Shown: piece after piece, positions 40,001-51,960 of the stretch
How positions within the stretch are numbered: the first letter of the stretch is position 1
How the letters are laid out: every line of letters begins with the position of its first letter
Origin: Okamejei kenojei
Taxonomy: Eukaryota
Reading direction: 5' to 3'
NCBI GenBank assembly: GCA_035221665.1
Contig: CM069133.1
Location: forward strand, 146,754,001 to 146,818,000
Length of the DNA stretch: 64,000 nucleotides
Notes under the pieces: model-generated
Database searches by the model: none
What the model was told of the DNA's origin: nothing
What the model saw: the letters and a program-made list of their open reading frames with translations, nothing else
Position numbers and translations under genes: made by a program

Positions 40001-42897
40001 AATAGATGTTGAATTCGGGCATCTAGAGTTGAAATTAACCTTCATTTCCAGTTTAAAGGTCGATATATTTTTAGTAATGATCCGAAGTTTGCTTTAAAAA
40101 AACAACTATTATTTGTATTGGACTGAAAACCTACGGAGATAGCGGCTCGGTTGCATTTCTTAAATAGAAAATGTAAATTAAAAATAAAACAAGACAACAT
40201 TTTGAGAATAAAGCCTTAAGCTGATTGAGTTCAGATACTGACGTTTTGGCAATTTCACAAAATGTCTGCGGAGATATTAAGTAGTCGGTAATAAGAAAAA
40301 TACGCTATCAGTTATTAAACAACATGTGCCCAATGTACAAACATGGCTTTAGCATAAAGAAAGTGGAATTCAGTATTTACACAGTGGCAGAATTGCGTGT
40401 TCAATGCCATCACAGACAACGTCAAGACTGTTCATTTCTGTAGGAATCGCGCGGTATTAACGGATGGGGTTGTAACATATGCCGGAATCCAGTCTTACGC
40501 CTCACAATCAGCCATGAAATAGAAGAAAAAAATGTGCTTGAAAATGGGAATTCAAACAAATAATTAGAAACAGAGCTTCAAAATAGATTTTTTTTTAAAA
40601 TTTGGAACGCAATTACTACCCCCACAGTTACTGACATGGAATACCACAGGACGCCTCTGCCTTGCTCTGTACTACAAGTTTTTAAAGTATTTTAATTGGA
40701 TTTAACGGTGAAACGATGAAATTTAAAATAATCTATTATGGCTTTGATGTCGATGGGCGGCCGTGCGAGGGGATGTAAAAGTCGGGGTTGAAGGAGGCAG
40801 AGGCCTGGGGACAACGCTAACAGCGAGAACAGACAGTAAGTTGTAGTCAAGCTCCCTGAAATTACCCTGAAATATCCAGAATGGTAAGTATAACCAGGGT
40901 GTGCACATCACTGTTTATTTTTGGGGGGGGGGGTGTTTCATCTTGACTGTGTGGGCATGTATGTACAGTGTTGCTGCATATACTGTTTATCACTGCATGT
41001 AAACAAATGCAGGAAAACGTATATAGACAATCCATTTACACGTTAATTATTCCATCTAAAAGAGTCTATGGGCATCGCCTTGTGTATCCCGGAGCTTGGC
41101 GACTAGAATGTTAAAAACCCCAAGCGGCCAGATAGCAGATTCTCGTTAAATGTAAATAGAAATAGAAAGCTTGGAGAGCAAACTGAAAGTGCACACACAC
41201 GTACACACGCACAAACATTTCACACATACACACGTACAATATACTTTCACTCCCAGTAACACACAGACATTTGCAGCCATTCTCTCAGATTCACAATGTG
41301 CCTGGTGGCGCTTTGCTCGGGGTTGGCTGTTACGTTTAATTTCGATGCAGAGTTGTTAAAGCTCTCCCATGACAGTGTGTGCTAGAGCTTTGACCCGGAT
41401 TATAAAACATTAATGAAAGCAGCAACTGAAATCTACGACAGCCTTCCCTGGGCAAGGCACAGCAGTCTTTGCATCTACACTGTTTGGAAGCGATAGGGTT
41501 TTCAAATCTTTCTCCGAATATTTTTTTAAATCCTGTAACCACTATACAACTTTAATGTCTTATTTGGAGGATGAGGAGGGAACACAACATTTATGTGAGT
41601 GTTAAGGCAGATTATTTTCCAAATATATCTGGGATGGGAGTGCTCTAAAATGTATATTGTAGATCATCGAACTGAGATGAATAACACAGACACAGCTACG
41701 ATAGATCTCTTTTATATCACTTTTGTAACTGTTCCAACATAACAACCATTTTTACAAGAATATTCCATCATACCAACAGAACACCGCCACAGTACAGCGT
41801 TTGCAAGAGTACAGCGCTTGTACTTTTTTTTTTGTTAGACGTTGTTTCTTTTAAAAAAAACTACAGGTAAACAGGCTTGGCAGTAGTGATAGGAAAGTTG
41901 GATTACATGATTAAAAACTGGGAGATGAATGGTACTTCAGAGTCTTGGGGTGGGGGCATACAGGGACATTTTACTTTTTATTTCCACGTGGAAATTCGGA
42001 GACAATGCGGAGGTAGGATGAGGGCGGTTCTCATAAACAAAATAAAACTTTAATCAAGATAGTCCTGAATATAAATGAACAGTTTCAGTCAAACTAATTT
42101 CAGAGTTCATGGAGATCTTTGTTAAATGAAAGAGAGAAGTGCCTTGGACACTCAGACCAAAACTACAGAGGCAATGGGAATCGGCACAGAATACAAATGT
42201 TCTTTAGGGGGTCCACTGCGTGAGAGTTTAAAAACACGTTTTCTCTATTAACATTTCGGAGTGCTCTCTAATAATCTGATCACTTTTTAAAACGTCAGTT
42301 TCGCCAATACTGTAGGCTGCTATTCGGTCCGCTTAAAGCGACACCGTGTCCTTTATTTTAAATGTTGTGCTAAATTCTTGTATTTATTTGTTTAATTCGG
42401 ATTTCAATTTTAATTCTTGGAGAACATAGTTTTGACGACATAAATCGCACTCGTTATATGAAGCAAAAGGTCGTATAAAAAAAATTAGTATAGAATCACA
42501 GAAAACCTGGTTTGGAACCAGGAAAAAAAATACAAAACAGATATAGATACATAGACACAGGACAAATTTATAATTATTTGGAAAATGTTATTTTCCCCCT
42601 AATTTCTGATTTGTTTTAAAATGCGCATACGTTGTTTTTTTTTTAATTTTACAAAAAAGAAAATAAAGACTAATATTTTACAAAATGATAAACAATGCTT
42701 GTGGTAAGTGTAGTTCTACATATGATGCAGTTCAGTTCTTTTTCACAGAATAAATCCCACAGTCAACAGCTTGGCCTCTTGGAAGGTCCTTTTATTTTCA
42801 CAGATATCATCCTATAGGAACTTTCAAGTCCTTGAATAGAGAGGGTGTCTCGCCTAAAATGCTTTTGTTTTGTTTGGGGAGGGGTGTCCTTCTCTCA

Positions 42898-43230
<333 letters not shown>

Positions 43231-44805
43231 TTAATCCTGGTTTATTGTTTTGATATCAATCCATACACTCCCTCCCCCCCCCCCCCCCCCCCACCTCTCT
43301 CTTTCTCTCTTTCTCCCCCCCCCCCCCACACACACACACAACACTCTTCTCCAAGCTGCTACTGAACTAGGTTCTGATAACGCGAATCTTTTCTGCTGCA
43401 AATATTTCATTTTGATGGCATAAAAAACAGCAGAAACATTGGATTGAAGGTAACAAAGGCACTCTTAAATAATAAGCACAGATGTACGCCATTTCCCACA
43501 GAGAACCGAGCAAGAGACATCAATGTCCGGGAACATTGTGTGATAGATACTGATATGTGTTATTGTTTACAGCTACTTTCTGTGCATTCCACTTCGATGC
43601 GGTTTATTTTCAATTAATTCTACAGAACACAGTATAACCGAGAACCGAATTGGATGAAACAAGTCTAAAAAGCAAGACGTACTAACCGCGCATGCATCAC
43701 TCACACAAACGGGGCAATCTTTATATGCTGCGAAATCTCTCCTTTCTCTGGCAGTTTGGCAGAGTATGTTAACGAAGTGGCTATATTGTACGCAACGCTC
43801 TCTAATGAATATAGAAATATAGTCTAATGAAGACAAGGTTAATCCTAGTGCCTGGTGGTTGTGGTTTTACACACATGTTCTGTGAAATAACGTTTGGTGA
43901 ATAAAAATAATCCAATAAATTAGTGTGTGATATTTGCTGAACCCTGTCGAATTTGAAACATTTTGTGGAACAAAAAGCACCAGATATTTACGTTTTATTT
44001 CAGGAAAAGATAGATATTGGACGATTTGTAAACGCTTTAATTTATCCGCGTACAACCCGTATTTTAGCATGTGAATTAATATAGTAAAATGGGAAGTTTG
44101 GGTCACAACCCCGCACTTGGACAGCGTCCAGAACGAGAGGTTGAAAATGCTATCCAGAAACTAAGGTGAAACCACAACAAACCTAAACCAGGCCTCAGTA
44201 ACTTGAAGCGGCCTTCACTCACAGGCCAGCGGGAAAGAAAATGGCAAAACAAGCACCATCTCGATTATCTAAAAACTCTTCGCTCTGGAGAACTTGGACA
44301 GCTTCTCGGAAAGGCTTCCAATGAATTCCCCTCTGGCTAAAAATCAAAACAAGTTTGGTCAAAACTGGAAGAGGTACTCGTGGTGGCGGTGGGGAGGCGG
44401 TATTGCGGATATGAAGCAGTGGGACATCTATATTCTTTATTTTCCTGCAATAATCGCACAACCAATTATTTATCTTTTGTTTTACCTTTCTCTGATTCTG
44501 TTCTATTTACCAGCAGATTACAGGAAAAGGGATAATTTACGAAGATTCAAGGGGTGCTCAAAACAGGATTAATTTGTGATATTTTCTGATCGTTTTCCCA
44601 ATTAGGTCAAGTTGTTTAATAAAACGTGCTGTATACAATTATGTATTATTATAATGCCTGATTAATATCACTCCATCCATAAATATATAACCCGAAATGG
44701 TATATGTCTCCTTGCTCCTCCTATACTGTTACTGTACCGGGTGAACGGCATTATTGATTTAGATCCAATGTACTGAACTTTCTTACTCCTTCGCCTTTCG
44801 AGCTA

Positions 44806-45420
<615 letters not shown>

Positions 45421-46061
45421 TTATTACAATTATAATTTGCAGTTTTAAAAAAGTTCACAGATAAACAATGTCATTTCTTAATGCAAAATTTAAATATGCG
45501 ACATGATAGAAATAAGACGTATAAAAAATACTAAACATTGCTTTACCCGTCGAAGCAGACCACATTATGTCTGTTAAACAAATCGCAAGCTCATAACATT
45601 GCAGAAAGAATAGCTGGATTGCAGAAAACTGCCCCCAACTGTACCACCCACCCACGGTTACAATTGGAAAATTCTCCAAACATCTAATGCTTGAATGCAA
45701 ACGATTAACTTACAATTACAGGGGGTGGGGGGGAAAGACCGATGTATTAACCATTTGAATCCACAAAAATATGCAGCCATGCTTGTAATTGTTAAACTCT
45801 ATCAACTTTGAAGCTGGGAGATCGGAGATTTTTGTTTACTTAACCGAACTGAAAAAATATATTTATTATTAGGAATATCTATTGGCAACCAGCATTTTTT
45901 TCCCAGAATCAATTGTATTTTACAATGATTTGGTTAGATTGCTCTGTTTTGGGATGAGCAAACGCCAAAGCATTTGATAAGACCAAATCACATTAACACA
46001 GTGAGAAATTTCAAGCTCAGATCTCGCATTTACAGCGGCGATTAATAAAATAAATATTCAC

Positions 46062-46506
46062 CTTCCCGTCTCATCCCAACTTTGAGGCATTTCTTCAGGC
46101 GACAGTATTGACACTGATTGCGGTGGTGCTGGTCTATAGGACAATTCCGGTTGGCACGACATGTGTACGTTAAGTTTCGCCGAACACTTCTCTTGAAGAA
46201 ACTTTTGCAGCCCTCACATGTGAACTGGCCGTAGTGCTTGCCGCTGGATTTATCCCCACACACGACACACTCGATGTGTTGCTGCTGTTGGCTGGGCTGC
46301 TGCTTGTCGCCGCCTGGCTGGACACTCTGACTGCTGTTTCCGAGCGGGGTGGAAGGGGGCCCCGGCTGGCCCGGGGTCTGCGGGGTGTGTGGAGCACCCG
46401 ATGCCGCCTGCTGTTGCTGGCCCGGCTGCGCTTGTGCAGACTGGCCGCCCTGAGCTCCGGCCACGTCGTCCTGAGGAGCTCGCCAAGTACTAACTACCAT
46501 TGCCAT
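46062..46506 (-). CDS. NR2F1: NR2F1 coding exon 1, A/B region plus C4 zinc-finger DNA-binding domain
   Basis: ATG at 46506, MAMVVSTWR...[40 protein letters not shown]...[13 protein letters not shown] donor at 46061; exons sum to 445+528+275 = 1248 nt = 415 aa plus stop. Confidence 0.98.
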
Positions 46507-47234
46507 ATCTCGGGCCCAAAAAGTGCGGGAAAACAAGTTGATCGCACGGATTTTTTTTGTCCTGTTGATAGGGAGCAGAGTTGGATGGTGGTAACAGAAA
46601 TGAGGAGAGAGAAAGAGAGAGAGGGAGAGAGAGGGGGGGGGGGGGGGGGGGAGAGAGAGAGAGAGAGGAAAAGGAATACAACTGCGATCAAAGCAACTCA
46701 CTCAGACACACACACATAGGGAGCAGTGAATGAATGAGTGAGTGTTGATCAACAGTAACCGAAACAAATGGGCAGCAAAAAGAAAGGATAAAAAAATATT
46801 CCGATCAGGGAAGGCAAGTGTCGGGAGGCCAGATCCAGGGCAACACGCAGTCAGCCATTCAGGAAAGCAATATAGGAGGGAACGAGGGGTTAAAGATTAT
46901 AGGAGTTGGGGGTGGGGGAAAGAAAAGAAACGATCACAATTCGAGGGGACACACACAGAAAAAAAATAACCACGCGATCCGAAGTAAAGTATGGCGAGTG
47001 CTAAATCCCTTCTTCTCCGAAGATCTGAATTGTCAGAGAAAAAAAAACTCACCAGGACAAAAAAAAAGGACGGCCGACGCTAAAACGCCCTATTTTCACC
47101 TCTCATGCGGAGTGGAGAGAGAAAGGGAGGAAAGAAAAAACAACTAATAGAATATGCAAGGGGGAGACAAAATGAATGCGTTTAAACGGGAAGACTAGCG
47201 GAGCAATTTTTCCGAAAGGGGGATCTGCGCGAAT

Positions 47235-47430
47235 GTCTGTATATAGTGAACTTTGACACTACTATTGAAACTGACACGTTTCTATGGAGATCGCTGCCTT
47301 ATATGGAGCTCATGTCAAGGAGCCAAGAGAGGGGCTGTTGGCAACTGATAATCAAAGGCGACTGGTCATAGCCCTGAATTGGGGCTGGGGAGGCTAAGGT
47401 TAGCCAGCCTCCTGCTCACTATTGGTTAGC
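47235..47430 (-). promoter_or_regulatory. NR2F1 core and proximal promoter (TATA, DR1, CArG, CCAAT)
   Basis: Minus strand: TATATA 47245-47240, DR1 GTGTCA-A-AGTTCA 47259-47247, CArG CCATATAAGG 47306-47297, CCAAT 47425-47421; implies TSS near 47210 and a 5' UTR of about 700 nt. Confidence 0.75.
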
Positions 47431-47978
47431 CGTCTTATTTATTACCTACGACGCTCTGACAAGCAAAATTTACATTAGATCTCCTGCGCTGGTATTTACT
47501 TTCAGACCTTATTAGTATGGGTCGCTTGTGGTCACCACAAAAAAGCAAAACGAGGACCCCGTGCTTGCAATAAAACAATGCAGCGAGCAGCTTCGAAATG
47601 TCACATTATCAGAAAAGTTAGTTGACAATCAAACTTTCTGTTTGTATTTTAGAAGTCTATTGTTTGAAAATAAATAAATAAAACAGACACCTCCTGCCTT
47701 TTGTGTCAAAGAGAAAATACACTCCGTTTTTTTCTCTTGTAATATTAATTCGTCGAGCGACCTATTTTTATATATTTCATTTTTATTCTGCTTTGGATTA
47801 CGCTTTGAGGGTTCGCTGCAATGCCGGTGAGATTTCAATTGTGATTTGCAGAAGAAGAAAAGTTGCATTGTTGCTGGGGAGCTGTGCTTGTAAGTGTAGG
47901 ATAAGTCCAGCAGAAAGTGCGGAGGCTGTTAACGTGCCTTGTGTTTCACGTAAATTAAATCTCAGAACAGCTGTATCC

Positions 47979-47997
47979 GGCTGCCATCTAGCGTACA
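47979..47997 (-). promoter_or_regulatory. CTCF-like motif upstream of the NR2F1 promoter
   Basis: Minus strand TGTACGCTAGATGGCAGCC resembles the CTCF core. Confidence 0.5.
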
Positions 47998-48689
47998 GTA
48001 GACAATTATCAAATATAATACACACACCCAGCCGGATAATCCACCAGATGGGCTTTTATTGAGGGATTTGTTTAATGCGAATAATTTATTGAATTTTAAA
48101 GTAAGTATTTTTAAACTTTTAATCCAAATGTTATTAACCCTAAAATTTAGGAATTAATCATTAAATGAGCGGGAAAGGGGAATCCCCCTGTTCAAGTAAC
48201 CCAAATTATGATTTGTTTCTCATTGTTCCTTGCCCTGCTCCACGCATGCATTCTGAAATTTCAAACATTATTCCTAATTTCTTTTATCACCTATTTTCTA
48301 AAAAAAAAAATTGATGTGACAATACACCTTTTATCTTTGAGAAGCGATTAGACGATCAGCGACAAACAGCACAATCCCACGTAATTAATAAACATACCGA
48401 TTCCGTGCTATCCGTATTTAGTTAGTGCATTTGGTGTAAAAAAAAACTAAAGGCAAACTGCTAAAGCCACGCCATTTATATCACAAATGAAGGTTTTTTT
48501 TAGCAGTTTTCAAAAATAGTTTAGAGTAGAAACACGCACCTAAATTAGACTATCAAGTTTATTTTTGATAAAAAGGAGCCCCATGTTTGCATCTTGCCTT
48601 GATTAAATACTACATCGCATTGCATCCTCAGCCGCCCCTTTTGTATATGCATTGATGAAGCGCCGTTATTGACTATGCAACAGTGGACC

Positions 48690-48820
48690 TCGTCTCGCTC
48701 CCTCCCTCTCTCTCCCTCTCTCCCTCTCTCTCTCCCTCTCTCTCTCTCACTCTCTCTCTCCCTCTCTCTCTCTATCTCCCCCCTCTCCCCTCCCCCCTCT
48801 CTCTCTCACCCTCGCTCCCT
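48690..48820. repeat. CT-rich low-complexity tract
   Basis: Imperfect (CT)n / CCCTCT repeats. Confidence 0.9.
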
Positions 48821-50379
48821 AAATAAAGTCTGAGCCATGCCTTATGATTAGTGAAAAGGTGAAACGAATAAGATTAGAGGGGACAAAGGAAAAATTCTGT
48901 AAGTGTATCATCAGGGGTTTCCTCCTCAGAAAGGGACAGAGTGGACATTGGAAGGGAGGCTGCCTCTCTTCTTGCAACTTGCTTGAAGTGTAAAGATCTT
49001 TAAGCGGGCACCTGTAACCGGCGGGATCGCGACTCGTCAAAGCACGCCAGCAGGCAAGTAACAAGTTTACTTTCATTGTCTCTATTCCACTTTGCTTTTA
49101 GCAATGCCGCTTAAAAATAGTCCGCGGCTGGCTGAAACGTGACAAATCTTGTTAACGGAGCCTCAAACATGACGCCGACCAAAGACTGCTTATGCAGGTC
49201 CGAAACAAATAGTTATCACTGCAAATCACACTAGACGCAGTGGGATAATGAAGGCTGATAGCGACGGAGCACTCACTTCTCCCACGGTCGCAACATCGGT
49301 TTTCGAGGCCATTCTGGTGCGTATTTGCAAAAGCAAAGGGGCGGCGATGAATGTATTAATGTTGAGTGTTTTTGATATCCACTGATGTCGGCGTTAATAT
49401 GTAGGCTGTGTACTTATAGCGCAGTGGGGCAGAATTCCATCTTCCCGTGTCAGTTTGTGCGATCTTGTGTAAAAAAAAATCGCGGGCGCTGTGGAAACCA
49501 AGGCATGGCTAACTTGTGAGGCTCACAAAGTAAGCTTCTCACCTGCACTATTTGTTGTTTGATCACCTAATGAAAAGATCGATCGGCCAATGTTTGGCTA
49601 AGCGATAGTGTCAACAGATAAAGGAGCAGCAAAATGATCGACTGGCCCGGTATACTGGGACATAATACATACACTGACTGCCACCACCCGCCCGATCCCT
49701 CAGTCTCTCTCACTGCTCCCTCTCCCTCTCTTTTTTTGTGCTGCTCCATTTCAATTAACACAGCAGTATGTTGTTAAGGCAGCGCAGAAGATGAAATTTC
49801 AGCACCGTAAGTTAAAGAGAAATACGGGATTCAATGCTCGGTTCGCATCTGAAAAAAAAATAAGTGGGGTTGCTGAGGGTGGGAGGGGATGTTGTGGTAA
49901 TAGCAACGGAGAGGCGCTCTGGGGGGTGGGGGCTGGGGGACACGGAAAGCTCCTCGTTGGGTGGTAGACTCGTTTCAGACTGGGGCAGAGGTAGGATGCG
50001 CCGGTGTTTTAGCGGCGTGGAGTCGGTACATTTCAGGCGTTCTAACTTCCATACATTCCGGGATTCATGGCCATACCTAGACTATTGCTGTACCTGTCAG
50101 AGGAGGTCCGGCTGTATGACTTTGTTATTCTTGTACTTTATAGCTTCTGTGGATCAGAGCCGCTTTCTAAGGTGCACCCGAAAGATTTCACTCGCATTCA
50201 GTCCTCGCACTGAAAAACAAAACAAGCACATTTCTGGTTACATTTCACGTCAGTGGATTTTATTTTTTTTAATCATAGGTATTTAAATAAGATCGCGGGC
50301 CATTGCTTCGTCCAACAAATTAATTTCCCCGGCTAAAACAACCAGTAAGGTGTCCTGGAGGTTGTAGATGTTACTCGAA

Positions 50380-51960
50380 TAACCTTGAATTCAGGTTGCC
50401 GAGGACTCCTTCAGATATGTCCAAATGCAATCTTATAAATGTTGAAATAAACATTAACCGTGGCAATAATTCATATACACTCCATCCAGGGAGAAGATTT
50501 TTCAGTGGAAAATTAATGCATTTTCCCTTCATTTTTCCAACCAACCCACCCACCAAGAGCATCTGGCTTGTAGACATTTGTAAATCTCAAAGAAAAAAAG
50601 GCTGGTCTTTTAGTTAGATCTCCTCCCCCCAGTTAAGGCCGCTGACCTGTCCCATTGCCCAAGATTTTTTTTTTTTTTGCCGAACTCCCGAGGGCAAAAA
50701 GACAGAAAGAGAATTTTAACTTTTCCAGCTGCATCGAGTCAGCTACGGTGCAAAACTTTGTTTAATGTCGAGTTTTCTTACAGTTTTCTTCATGAAATGC
50801 AAACATGCACTGTGATCCATTTAAAGGACAAGTCTGAATTAAGCACCTGATTTTCACTTGCGCCGATCAACTAAAAGGCACTGGTAACCCATGGAGTACA
50901 CGCAATGCCTTTCTAGTTTGTGCCGCACTCTCACTGCGCCTTGCTCTCACGGTATCGCAGCACCAAGTTGCTCGCCTGTACGATGGCCCAGCTAATACTA
51001 AAATGGTTTATGCCTCTAGAACGCACAGGACACTTATTTCAGGTAAAAACTAAACACTGCTGGCTCCTTTGACCGATCATTTAAAATGTCCTATGTGTCC
51101 TGCAGCTAAATCTAATTTCATTTAATCTTCAATAAATATGACGAACAAGTGATTAAAATCATCCCATTCGAGGTGAAATTCAGTGGTGGACTGAGACAGG
51201 CTGAATCCTACAGGACATGGTGCATCTTTTCTGTGCTTCGTTCTGTCCAGAAAGTTGTGTTTTAGCCACAGTAAGGTAGTGACAGATGCGAAAATGTTTA
51301 GCTGTTTATATAAGCGATTCCGGGTTTCTGGATATTTTTACTCAACTGTAAACAGGCACGGAGAACTTTTAGGTCACATCGTACGTGTGATAATAACAGC
51401 CAGATGTTGAAAACATATAAAATATACACGAAGCTTTTTTTTCTTTAAAAAAAAGCTAACTCTCGTTCTTTAAGTCTCTTGAAGCGTCAAAGAGAAGAGG
51501 AGGGGCCCTTTGTCCGAATTCAGCCCTGGGTATTCTCGGGGTGAATTTGGTGTGAAAGAGACGGGAAGGTCACTTGACATCGCCTTTTATCTACTGGCAT
51601 TTTCTCTGTGGATCATCGGATCTGAATAGACACATCTAATCGCACTTAATGGAAACTTGGCGAGAAAGCGAGAACCCGCCTTCACCTGCATTTACCGTTA
51701 GAATCAGCGCAGCTAATTGCCTCACTCCCTTTGCTTTAATATAATCTCAAAAGCAAATCGAAAGCCTTAGGAATTCTTGGAGGCTTTCTAATTGGCTTGT
51801 AATAAACCCAAATTTTAACTCAATCCTCTTTCATTGACATGTCCGAGGGTGCTCTAAGTGAGCAAGTTTGTAATGAATGTGATAGATTTATTTGATAATA
51901 CTACTGGCGATGACAAAACAGTTCAGTGTTCAAAACTTTTGCAAATACTTTGCTGCTGCG
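50380..51960. promoter_or_regulatory. Candidate upstream conserved non-coding blocks (about 50380-50620 and 51450-51960)
   Basis: Non-repetitive, homeobox/TALE/Sox motif-rich blocks (TAATTG, TGACA, CCTTTGT) upstream of a developmental transcription factor; inference only. Confidence 0.3.

Noticed and set aside
41600-42897. Exact NR2F1 polyadenylation site
   Set aside because: Several minus-strand AATAAA candidates (42796, 42388, 42357, 41982); cannot choose without transcript data
45630-45683. Intron 1 ATG TTT GGA as an alternative first coding exon
   Set aside because: No convincing in-phase donor; resemblance to alternative isoform starts is too weak
46507-46701. In-frame N-terminal extension of NR2F1 in the ORF track
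   Set aside because: Starts at a non-ATG codon and crosses CT/C homopolymer repeats; the conserved start is MAMVV at 46506
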